Assembly (NCBI GenBank): GCA_963771885.1
Contig: CAVYVF010000007.1
Span: 96,001 to 160,000, forward strand
DNA from: Candidatus Bathyarchaeota archaeon
GTDB taxonomy: Archaea; Thermoproteota; Bathyarchaeia; TCS64
Length of the DNA: 64,000 nt
Reading direction: 5' to 3'
In this document: positions 52,275-64,000 of the stretch, one piece after another
How the letters are laid out: each line of letters starts with the position of its first letter
How positions within the stretch are numbered: position 1 is the stretch's first letter
Position numbers and translations under genes: made by a program
The notes under the pieces: model-generated
Told to the model about the DNA's origin: nothing
Seen by the model: the letters and a program-made list of their open reading frames with translations, nothing else
The model's database searches: none

Positions 52275-53276
52275 GTGTCGTCCATGGGCATTTTTAACGG
52301 CTTCGTGCTTGACGGGTTGATACTACTAGGCGCTCTTCTAGTCCTCAACAAGGCGAGTGGCTGGGCGATCGAAAACGTTGTCAAGGTCGCTGATATTAGT
52401 GGATTCGGAAAAACCACCGTTGGCTTCCTAATTATTGGCCTCTCAACTAGTCTACCCGAGTTGAGTGTGGCCTTCTTCTCCGTCGGCGACCCAGAAGCGG
52501 TTGGAATATCGATCGGGAACATACTAGGCTCAAACATTGTGAACGTCTGCCTGATCCTCGGCGTCTGCATCCTCTATGCTACTTTTAAGCATAAACAGTG
52601 CATTCAGTTCCTGCCTTTACTTACAGGAGACGAGTTGAAGGACCTCCTATTTGGCCTCTTTATGGCGTCTGTGATACCTCTCGTTCTTATCTACATTGGG
52701 TATGCTAGCAGGATCGTAGGTATCGGGCTTCTACTGTTCTTTGCCTGGAATACTTACAAGATGATTAGGAAGAAAACAGTCGTCGAGGAAGCAGGACAAG
52801 GCCCCGAGAAGACCAAGCTTCCACGATATCTGGCGTTAACACTTATTGGGCTGATTGGAGTGGTAGGTTCTAGTTACTTCATCGTTGAATCGGCGACAAA
52901 CATCGCCGTTGGGATCGGTTTATCGAAGTTGGTCATTGGCGCTACGGTTATTGCGATTGGCACTAGTCTTCCTGAACTAGCAACGAGTTTAATCGCCACG
53001 AAGCACGACGAGATTAACATTGCCCTTTCGAATATCATTGGGAGTGGGATTATCAACCTCACACTTATCCTAGGTGCAACTTTGGCTCTCACGGAATTTA
53101 CGGTAAATATTTCAACCTATACTGAACTTGTGGTCTTTAGTCTCATCGCCAACATGTTTCTCTGGTATAGTCTTAGCGGAGATAGGATTTGCGAGAGGGA
53201 AGGCTACGTGCTCGTTGCTCTTTACGCAATTTTCTTGTTTGTTACACTGAGTGGCTATCGTAGTATCGTAATATAA
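52275..53276 (+). CDS. Na+/Ca2+ exchanger (CaCA, YrbG-like)
   Basis: Alpha repeats TSLPEL...GNILGSN and GTSLPEL...NIIGS. Confidence 0.9.
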   Translation: MSSMGIFNGFVLDGLILLGALLVLNKASGWAIENVVKVADISGFGKTTVGFLIIGLSTSLPELSVAFFSVGDPEAVGISIGNILGSNIVNVCLILGVCILYATFKHKQCIQFLPLLTGDELKDLLFGLFMASVIPLVLIYIGYASRIVGIGLLLFFAWNTYKMIRKKTVVEEAGQGPEKTKLPRYLALTLIGLIGVVGSSYFIVESATNIAVGIGLSKLVIGATVIAIGTSLPELATSLIATKHDEINIALSNIIGSGIINLTLILGATLALTEFTVNISTYTELVVFSLIANMFLWYSLSGDRICEREGYVLVALYAIFLFVTLSGYRSIVI

Positions 53277-53427
53277 TATGCAATATGAGTAATAGCAAAG
53301 ATCTAAAATTTGCAGAATTTATTTGAAGCGTGTGCGATTTGGAGGTGCGACGGCACGGCCACTCTAGTCGACTGCTGAACCGCACGCGCATTGCTAAAAC
53401 CATCAATATTGAACAGATGCCTTTTTT

Positions 53428-54624
53428 TCAGCTGTAAAGATCGCTGATCCGCTTATTCTCTCCAAATACCTGATGCACTTTTTTGAGCTCCGTAGGTATC
53501 TGGATACGCTGGGGGCACTTCTCCAGACACTTGCCACAATTTACGCATGTTGAGGCGTTACCATTAGACTTCACAGCATCAATATTCTTAGCAGACTTTT
53601 CCATTTCCCCATATCTCCTCTTCACCATCATGCGTCGAAGCCAGCTGCTCTCAGTCGACATATTATTAAGCAACGCGAAGTTGCCGGGAATATTCACACC
53701 CACCGGACAAGGCATACAGTAATTGCATGCAGTGCAGGGAACAAGTATCTTCTCACGATAAATATCAGCAACCTTAGAGATTACTTTCTGGTCATCATCG
53801 CTTAGGGTATTGATCCCAGACCTGTCGGCGCTTGCACAGTTCTCCTCGACCATACTCATAGATCCCATGCCACTCAGTACAGTGGAAACCTCCGGACGAT
53901 TCCAAAGGAACTGGAAGGCCCAGTCGACGGGAGATCTCTTAGTCCCCGAAGCATTCATGATCTCCAAGGCCTCCTTTGGCGGATTCGCGAGTCGTCCCCC
54001 TTTCAGGGGCTCCATCACCACGACGGCTACTCCCTTGCTGTGAGCATACTTGAGCCCCTCAGTAGTCGCTTGAACCCCTGTATCCATGTAGTTATACTGA
54101 ATTTGCGCCATATCCCATTGATAATAGTCGATGACCTCCTTGAATACGGGGAGATTATCATGAAAGCTGAAACCAATGTGATGAATCAGACCCTTCTCCT
54201 TCGCCTCTTTCATCTTATCCAATAAACCGAGTTTCTTTACCTTCTCAAAGCTACCCTTCTCCAGGTTATGGAACATGTAGAAGTCGATGTATTCGGTCTG
54301 AAGCCTCTCTAGGCTATTCTTCAGATAATGGTCAAAGTCCCCGCTGTTTCGAACCAGAAAGGTCGGGAGTTTGGTGGCGATCTTAACCCGATCCCTATAC
54401 CCATCCTTCAACGCGAGCCCAATTACCTTCTCACTGTCGCCGAGATGATACACATAGGCCGAGTCAAGATAATTAATGCCGAGATCTATTCCGCGTCGTA
54501 TTATTTTCACGGATTCATCCGTCTTCGCTCTCAGCCGATTGATCCTCCTAGGGGGGAGCCTCATACAACCAAAGCCCAGAGCAGATACCTCCCAACCTAA
54601 GGAGCCCATCTTTCGAAACTTCAT
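53428..54624 (-). CDS. Aldo/keto reductase with C-terminal 4Fe-4S domain
   Basis: LGFGCMRLP, DSAYVYH, IGFSFHD, MEPLKGG, CTACNYCMPCP, CVNCGKCLEKCPQ; ATG at 54624. Confidence 0.92.
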   Translation of the reverse strand: MKFRKMGSLGWEVSALGFGCMRLPPRRINRLRAKTDESVKIIRRGIDLGINYLDSAYVYHLGDSEKVIGLALKDGYRDRVKIATKLPTFLVRNSGDFDHYLKNSLERLQTEYIDFYMFHNLEKGSFEKVKKLGLLDKMKEAKEKGLIHHIGFSFHDNLPVFKEVIDYYQWDMAQIQYNYMDTGVQATTEGLKYAHSKGVAVVVMEPLKGGRLANPPKEALEIMNASGTKRSPVDWAFQFLWNRPEVSTVLSGMGSMSMVEENCASADRSGINTLSDDDQKVISKVADIYREKILVPCTACNYCMPCPVGVNIPGNFALLNNMSTESSWLRRMMVKRRYGEMEKSAKNIDAVKSNGNASTCVNCGKCLEKCPQRIQIPTELKKVHQVFGENKRISDLYS

Positions 54625-54728
54625 TGCAGACTCCTTTCCGGTCGAAGAATAAAACCCATTACTTTTGTAATCGTTACAGTACGATGCACGCGCATACAAT
54701 AAGTGGATAGAAAGATATGTGTCCAGAG

Positions 54729-55115
54729 TTATTTCCCGTAGGGTTTCGTTAACCATTGGAGTATCTCAAGAGTATAGCCTTCAGTGTCTTTGAATAGCAT
54801 CGTCTTCATATGTAGATAATTGACCTGCTTTGGGGGTAGCTCAATAGCAACTCCGGCAGCCACCAGTTTTCGATGCCATGCCTCGACATCGTCTGTGAAC
54901 CAGGTAAGCATAACTGGTTTGTTCTCAGCGGTTTGGAGGTGCCCCTTCTCGGAGTCGACTATTCCTACGAGGATGTTATCTGTTACTCTAAAGGCCTTGG
55001 CGAATCCAACATCTATGACCTTCTCGAACCCTAGTGTGTCATGATAGAAGGCTTCTGCGCGGCCTATGTCTTTGTAATAGAAGAACGTGATCGTACCGTA
55101 AATCGGGGGATTCAT
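54729..55115 (-). CDS. VOC/glyoxalase family protein
   Basis: AEAFYHDTLGF, DDVEAWH, FKDTEGYTLEI. Confidence 0.85.
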   Translation of the reverse strand: MNPPIYGTITFFYYKDIGRAEAFYHDTLGFEKVIDVGFAKAFRVTDNILVGIVDSEKGHLQTAENKPVMLTWFTDDVEAWHRKLVAAGVAIELPPKQVNYLHMKTMLFKDTEGYTLEILQWLTKPYGK

Positions 55116-55385
55116 TGAACTTTGTTAAGCTGTTACTAGTTATGAGGTTTAGGTTCAGGCGCTCGACGATGATAGAAATCTAAGACATTCAAAGTTAGTC
55201 TAGATTCGGGACAGCGTCTACGATGGGTGTGCCATTATCATATTCGTAGACAGAGTACTACTGCATCGTGCATGCCGACGCCAGCATCCCCGATTACCCC
55301 CACTCGCCTGCTCGGGTGCTCGCCTTGTTTTTCCCCTCGGGAAATAGTTGTAAATTATTAAGCGATGCTGATTTGGGAGCCGTTT

Positions 55386-56318
55386 CTACTCCATGTACAG
55401 CCGTTTCGCGTTCTCCCAGTACAACTTTTTGAGAATGGATTGAGGCAGATTAAGGCCATTAATCACCGTTCCCCCCGTGTCCTTGGTATCTGCATCGGGG
55501 AAGGGCAGCGGAGTATCTCGTTCACTGGTTTCCCAGAGAATTCGCTGCGCAACGTATCTGCCTGAAAAGTAATCCCGGTCTTTTTCACTGGAGGAGACGT
55601 CGGTTCCGAATAGAACCCTATCCGAGTACTTCAGCATGAATTCTCGTGCTTTCTCCGTGTCTTTACTAAGCTCGCGGGCCATCCACCTCGATGAAGCGGT
55701 GTCTACTACGAAGTTGGGGTACTCGTCCATCCACCTCGTTAACTCAGGTAATCTTTGTATCTCTGGCTGTGCCCCGAGATGAGGGATCTGGAATTTTAGC
55801 TTAGAATGTCTAGATAATAGATCCTCTAACTCTCTTAGGTGCGCCTCCTTTGTTCCATACTTCTCCGAATTATTGTATTGAGACGCATAGTAGGTGTCAG
55901 GATCACCGATGTGGATGATGAGTGGGATTTCGTTGTCCTCTAAGGCTTGAAAGATTGGCTCTAGTCTGCGGTTACTAATCTGGAAATCCTTCGGAACCGT
56001 AATCCAGTCACGCCAGCGGGGTCCAAACCAAGTCTTAGCGAGAGCGTATCCTTGGTCCCTGATTTTTGATATCTCATTAAGGACAGCTTCGACATTGTAC
56101 TGAGCTATGTCTTTCAGTGAGAGGTACTTTGCGAAGATGAATCGATTAGGATATTTTTCCTTGGCGGCTTGAAATCCTTCTTCGTTATGGACGATCCCTA
56201 TCTGTTTCGAGACCCCGAAGTCATCTTCGATTTCTATCATCCGGGATATGTCATCAATTTTTCCGATGTGTGTATGTGAATCTATTATTGGGCCAGTGTA
56301 CTTCCAGGAATTTCTCAA
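55386..56318 (-). CDS. Amidohydrolase family protein
   Basis: IIDSHTH, IIHIGDP, PHLGA, RVLFGTD, WENAKRL. Confidence 0.88.
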   Translation of the reverse strand: MRNSWKYTGPIIDSHTHIGKIDDISRMIEIEDDFGVSKQIGIVHNEEGFQAAKEKYPNRFIFAKYLSLKDIAQYNVEAVLNEISKIRDQGYALAKTWFGPRWRDWITVPKDFQISNRRLEPIFQALEDNEIPLIIHIGDPDTYYASQYNNSEKYGTKEAHLRELEDLLSRHSKLKFQIPHLGAQPEIQRLPELTRWMDEYPNFVVDTASSRWMARELSKDTEKAREFMLKYSDRVLFGTDVSSSEKDRDYFSGRYVAQRILWETSERDTPLPFPDADTKDTGGTVINGLNLPQSILKKLYWENAKRLYME

Positions 56319-56629
56319 GTTGAACGTCTAGTGGGTTGAACTCACTCAAAAGCCATTCCTCTAGATGTATGCCTTGATCTCGGGTATGTGTTGCGCACTT
56401 TTAACAAAAATGTATGTGGACTGGACAGAATGAAGACTAATTAAAATGCTTGAATAGTGAAAATTGGGGAGGATTTGGAGTATTTGTTCAACTATTTGAC
56501 TTTAAATCTTCTAAATCAATCCCAATAATTTGCGCGCGGTGTGACTTCATTTCGAAGGATTGGGCTGGTTCTGTCTCTTTGTAGAAAAAGACCTTTATCA
56601 GATAATAGACGCTGAATATCGAGAGGCAT

Positions 56630-57914
56630 ATGAGCCAAGAAATTCCAACGAGCTCCGACGCCATTTTTGATGAGAACACGCGCGGATACTGTGGCATCCT
56701 CAAACTGAGGGGAACAGCAAGCATGTTCTCCTCCAAACTCGACGAACTCCTAGCGCAGCTCGATCACGCACAGATCGCGTGGATTGACTATATAGTCGAC
56801 GACTTCGAGAAAGACGCAGTAGAGTACACTAATAAAGCGGGTTTCTCACAGCAATCGTAAAGAAACCCTCGTCAATGTCAATGGAAGCTACGAGGACCAC
56901 GACACCGAGTTAGGCCTCCTACTACCCGCTATACATGTCGAAGGCTACGACGTCAACATAGAGCCTGCTCATCCTGATACGGGACAATCTCATTATGACC
57001 ATGCACACACATAAGCGGTCCCGCTTCTACCAGATGCGCCGCTATGGCGAGACCTACCTCAGAAAGCTCCCGAAGAAAGCCAATACAGTCGACATGGTAT
57101 CCCTCATACTCGTAAGGATAATCGATGAGAACAACTCCTGGAGCTTCAAGCAGCTTCAAGAAATGAATGAGCGAACCGAGACTCACGATGGATCTCAAGG
57201 ACCCAAACTCCGTTGATGCTCATGTAGGGAACCAGGTTTTTCAGCTGAAGAGGGGGCTACTCCGCTACCTTTCCGCTCTTTGGGGATTATCCGACACGTT
57301 ATCCAGTCTTCTCTAGGAGACGCTGATTTGCTCTCAGATACGCCGGAGATCGCGCAGCGAATCGTCTTCTTACAAAACGAGGTCCATCAACAATTGACAC
57401 TCTCCGAGCACCTATCAGGGGTTCTTGCCTCTAAGCCTGGAGAGTCTGAAATCAATCTACAACAATCAGCTTCAGGATAGAAATAACATGCTTCAGGATC
57501 TCAATAACAATATGACAGGAAAGGAATAATCTGCTGCAGGAGAAGAACAACCAGCTTCAAGACACCAATAATGCTCTCTCAGTTAAGAATAACCAGCTCT
57601 CTGAGAGGAACAACGACCTGGCGGAGCTTACAATTACGTTAACCAAGAGGAATAATCAGTTGACGTCGCAGAATAATCGACTTACGATGCTGGGTGCGTT
57701 TTTAGCGATTCTCGGCGCAGGCTTCATAGTCCCTAATACGATTGCAACTGTGATGTCGCAGACTAATATTTTCATGTTTGGACCGGGAGATATGATTTGG
57801 TATCTCGCCCTCATCGTCGGTTCTACACTTGTAACGCTTTACGCTGTCTTCTGGTGGGTGAAGAAGATTGGGTTGCTTCCAGCATCGAGGATGCCGAGAC
57901 AGGTGGCCCCGTGA
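56630..57914 (+). CDS. CorA-fold divalent cation transporter paralog 1, multiple frameshifts (assembly error or pseudogene)
   Basis: Fragments 56630-56860, 56995-57216, 57280-57480 and 57660-57914 align colinearly with the intact paralog at 61372-62862 (IAWIDYI, RFYQMRRY, IIDENNSW, VPNTIATV.SQTN). Confidence 0.8.
57461..57671 (+). repeat. Coding tandem repeat: ten 21-nt units (NNxLxxx heptads), one extra nt
   Basis: NNQLQDR NNMLQDL NNNMxER NNLLQEK NNQLQDT NNALSVK NNQLSER NNDLAEL TITLTKR NNQLTSQ. Confidence 0.85.
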
Positions 57915-58224
57915 ATCCCTCTTAATTTTTTTACATTCATTACGTACGGCGACAAGTTAAAGTTTTTTTAAAAATGGTTGTACGCACGCAGATCATAACA
58001 ATTTGATGAACTTTGCAGAACTGGGTTGGTAGTTGTTTGGTAGCAGCGAGTAGAGGTCATATAAGTTAATTTAGTGGTTTATGTAGTATTTTATAATACA
58101 AAATATTAACTATCGTTTATGGTTTTTGTATGTGTATGACTAGGGTACGCTATGTGGTCTATTTAGGAAAGCCCTTAATCTTAGTTTAGTAATCATTGCA
58201 GTAACCTTTTGAGGTCTGCATAGT

Positions 58225-60946
<2,722 letters not shown>

Positions 60947-61371
60947 CTGCCTGTACATGTATGCTCGCGAGCGCCATCATACAAGGGACTAAGCAAAGCA
61001 TTTTTTACATGTCGAGGCGAGTGGCGTAATCCTTCTCTAATTCTTTCAAGAAGTGTGCGTTTGATCGTCATGCACGCGCATGATAAATTAATCTAATCGC
61101 CTCTTTAAAACGAAGGTAATATTCTCTTGATGGTTTGTGTCAGAATAATAATCTTGAGGGACTAAAACAGTAACTAATTCCCAGCCTTCATTACCAAGTT
61201 TATTCAAACCTGACTCTATACCAGAAGAAGCTGCCCATGTCTTATATTCCCACTTCATCAGATCACCAATGAAAACTATTCTTAAGTATAATTTGACATT
61301 TTCTATAAACGGATTTTCGTATTTAGTATGAAACTCACTATTCGCTATATGTGTGACCTATCCAAGTCAAG

Positions 61372-62862
61372 CTAATGGATGTTTTTTTCTAAAACCACAT
61401 GCTCTACGTTACTAATCACTACACCCAACTTCGATAGTTGCTTTATAATACTTTCAAAATCGGCATCATTTCCTTCTATTATAATTTTCAAACCAGTTGT
61501 TCTTTTATTTAATTCAATACTTTCTACATCGACTTTTGTTACTTCTGCCAAATTACCAATATTTAATGCCAAATCTGGAATCGACTGTTGATTCAAGGTG
61601 AATATTTTTAACGTAAGCCTACTTAGCTCCAAATAATATCCCTCTAATTCTTTTTTTTGTGGTTTATCATCATCGGACATATTCGGTAATAGTCCAACTC
61701 TTCGAACCCACCAATATACTACCCCCGTCGTAACCACCGTTGATAAAAGTATCAGAGCAATATACCAACCCGAATCACTCGGAGAGAACAAGAAAATATT
61801 CGTCTGAGAAAGCACAGTCGCGATAGTATTTGGCACAAAGAATCCGGCTCCAATTATCGCGAGAAACGCCCCGAGCAAAGTGATCCTATTATTAGTCGCC
61901 GTTAGCTCGTTATTTCTCTCCGATAAGGTGTTGTTGATACTCTGAAGCTGATTATTCCGGTCCTGTAACTGGTTGTTACGATCCTGTAACTGATTATTCC
62001 GGTCCTGAAGCTGATTATTGTAGATGGACTGCATACATTCAAGACCAGAGGCGAGAACCTCAGAGAGGTGCTCCGCCAAACCCAGTTGCTGGTGAACCTC
62101 GTTCTGAAGCATAGCTATCTTATCTAGAACCACGGGAGCATCGGAGACTAGGTCCGCGTCACCATACCTCAGAGAGGATAGAGTATCAGCCGTCCCCCAG
62201 AGAGCTGAGAGGTACCCTAATAGCGCGTGCTTCTGCTGATAGATCTGGTCACCGATGTGAGCCCGGATCATGCTCTCATCTTTCAAATCCATAGTCAGGT
62301 CGTCGCTTCGCTCATCCATCTCCTGCAGCTGCTTGAAGTTCCACGAGTTATTCTCGTCGATTATCCTCACCATTAGGAGGGTTAGCAGGTCGTTTGGCTT
62401 CATCTTCTTGGGCATTTTTCTGAAGTAGCTCTCGGCGTATCGACGCATCTGGTAGAATCGATGTCTTTTCCTCGTGTGTATGGTTAGGAGTATGTTTCCT
62501 CTGAGGAGTAGGAGTAGGGGCTCTATGTTGACGTCGAAGCCTTCTGCGTGGATTGCGGGGAGTAGTAAGCCCATCTCGGTGTCGAAGTCTTCGTAGCTTC
62601 CTCTTACGTCCATTAGCAGTCTCTTTACGAGTTGATCGCTGAAGCCGATTTTTTTCGCGGAGTCTGCTGCTTCTTTTTCGAAGTCTTCGATTATGTAGTC
62701 TATCCAGGCGATTTGGGCGTGGTCTAGGAGGTTTGTGAAGCCGTCGATCTTTGGGTTGTATTGGCTTTGTGTTCCTTTTTCTGTGAGGATGGCGCAGTAT
62801 CCTCGGTTGTTTTCGTCTAGTATTGGGTCAGTTTTTATGTGGTTTTGGTGGTTGGTGGACAT
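61372..62862 (-). CDS. CorA-fold divalent cation transporter paralog 2 with heptad insert and C-terminal DUF211-like domain
   Basis: Cytoplasmic alpha/beta domain (WIDY, LLTIH), long stalk helix, two C-terminal TMs, then ~85-aa RLTL..LKIIIEGND.DFESI..LG..I..VE.V tail. Confidence 0.82.
   Translation of the reverse strand: MSTNHQNHIKTDPILDENNRGYCAILTEKGTQSQYNPKIDGFTNLLDHAQIAWIDYIIEDFEKEAADSAKKIGFSDQLVKRLLMDVRGSYEDFDTEMGLLLPAIHAEGFDVNIEPLLLLLRGNILLTIHTRKRHRFYQMRRYAESYFRKMPKKMKPNDLLTLLMVRIIDENNSWNFKQLQEMDERSDDLTMDLKDESMIRAHIGDQIYQQKHALLGYLSALWGTADTLSSLRYGDADLVSDAPVVLDKIAMLQNEVHQQLGLAEHLSEVLASGLECMQSIYNNQLQDRNNQLQDRNNQLQDRNNQLQSINNTLSERNNELTATNNRITLLGAFLAIIGAGFFVPNTIATVLSQTNIFLFSPSDSGWYIALILLSTVVTTGVVYWWVRRVGLLPNMSDDDKPQKKELEGYYLELSRLTLKIFTLNQQSIPDLALNIGNLAEVTKVDVESIELNKRTTGLKIIIEGNDADFESIIKQLSKLGVVISNVEHVVLEKNIH
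61894..62019 (-). repeat. Coding tandem repeat: six 21-nt units (NNxLxxx heptads)
   Basis: NNQLQDR x3, NNQLQSI, NNTLSER, NNELTAT; synonymous codon variation between units. Confidence 0.9.
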
Positions 62863-62942
62863 TCACTAGCCTGCGAAGTCGGGTGCCCGATTTAGGCTTT
62901 GCGTGTGTGCATCTATCAAATGAGGTGAATGCCCGCTTGGTT

Positions 62943-63143
62943 TTAGATCCTTCTTGGGGGTCCACGCGGGGGGGCGTGAGGTGGGAGGGAGGGTGGCGGT
63001 GGATTTGGATGTTGTGATATCTTGGGTGAATCATTGGAAGGGACATCGGTTGTTCCATGAACGATTTGCATGTGGTGTTTGAGTTTCTCCTCTGATTTGA
63101 AGGGAATTCCACATATCACACATTTATGCTCTTTCTTCGGCAT
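62943..63143 (-). CDS. C2H2 zinc-finger microprotein with proline-rich tail
   Basis: HKCVICGIPFKSEEKLKHHMQIVH (C-x2-C-x3-F-x5-L-x2-H-x4-H); TATA-like TTTATAAA upstream (~63177-63184). Confidence 0.75.
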   Translation of the reverse strand: MPKKEHKCVICGIPFKSEEKLKHHMQIVHGTTDVPSNDSPKISQHPNPPPPSLPPHAPPRGPPRRI

Positions 63144-63589
63144 TACTCGTCGCCTGTTGATCTCTGGGAAAAATAGTTTATAAACACATTCTATGCCTCA
63201 TATAATTCACTATTTCCCTGATTTTCTCCATCAATACAAAAATACACCTCTGGATTTCTATGTATCACCTTTAAAGATAAACACTTTTTTCCTACACCCA
63301 ATAAGCCTCACTCGTTATCAACTAAGTTACCCATTGATTTTTTACCGAGTCCCATCTGCCCGCGGTCAAGCCACAATCTGAGATAAACGAATCTTACCCG
63401 TGTTCTGTTGTCCACTCCTCATTATTCGAGTCCCAGCGTCCCGCCTTGCGCGCCTGAGAGAGCGCCTCAATCTCCGGTTTTTCCATTGCCAACGTATAGA
63501 CAAATTCAGCCATTTGAACAGTTCCCTAGATAATACAAGGAGATATTAAACGCCCTTCTCCACTCGCATTACAGGATAATCGAGTTCCT

Positions 63590-64000
63590 CTACTGCACGA
63601 AGCAGGGCTGGCTCGAGTCTGCGATGGCGAAGAAAGAGTGCGACGACTGGGAGTGGATCGAAGAGTAGATGTTAGTTCGCCTGCGGGCCTTCTTTCTCTT
63701 AAGGAAGCTGAAGCTGCTGAACCGCGCCGTGATGATCCTCTCCGTCGAGAATATCTTCGCTGCGATCCAGAGCACAAGGACCGTGAAGACGCTGATGTAG
63801 GCGATGCTCCTGAAATAAGCCAGTAGTTGCCTAGAAAGGCAGCTTTAGTGGCGAGCATCGTGTGTGTGTAGGGGATCGCGAGCATGATCCACTGGATCGC
63901 CGGTGGTAGCATCTCGATGTCGCTGAACATGAGTATCATCGCCGGGATGATCAGCGGCACAATGAGGACACCTGTGAGGCTCTGGGCGCTGCGGACGCTG
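63590..64000 (-). CDS. ABC-2 type permease (NatB-like), 3' part only, frameshift near 63820
   Basis: SVRSAQSL...LAIPYTH...AAKIFSTERII hydrophobic pattern across two frames. Confidence 0.7.

Overview
Ordinary archaeal chromosomal DNA. Archaeal markers include BRE/TATA promoters, an ADP-forming acyl-CoA synthetase beta subunit, a stand-alone Lrp/AsnC ligand domain and a DUF211-like domain. The gene repertoire most resembles Bathyarchaeia (inference). The window holds about 55 protein genes and one tRNA-Asp(GTC), with no CRISPR, integrase or transposase. Housekeeping blocks are thrB-thrC-aspartokinase-asd, leuA-leuC-leuD-leuB, upp, cysK, pepF, katG and a MarR-linked heterodimeric ABC exporter. 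About nine genes are broken by small indels, densest near both ends, which looks like long-read assembly error. Most notable: (1) two convergent CorA-fold paralogs flanking a P-type ATPase, each with an expanded (6 vs 10) Asn/Gln-rich NNxLxxx heptad array in the stalk helix and SQTN in place of the GMN filter; one is fused to a DUF211-like domain and preceded by a C2H2/polyproline microprotein; (2) a translationally coupled GH172 + L-fucose/D-arabinose isomerase + FGGY kinase operon suggesting archaeal D-arabinofuranoside catabolism; (3) a full-length prenylcysteine-oxidase-like flavoprotein; (4) an orphan substrate-binding protein + histidine kinase pair. All family assignments come from motif recognition only; no searches were run.
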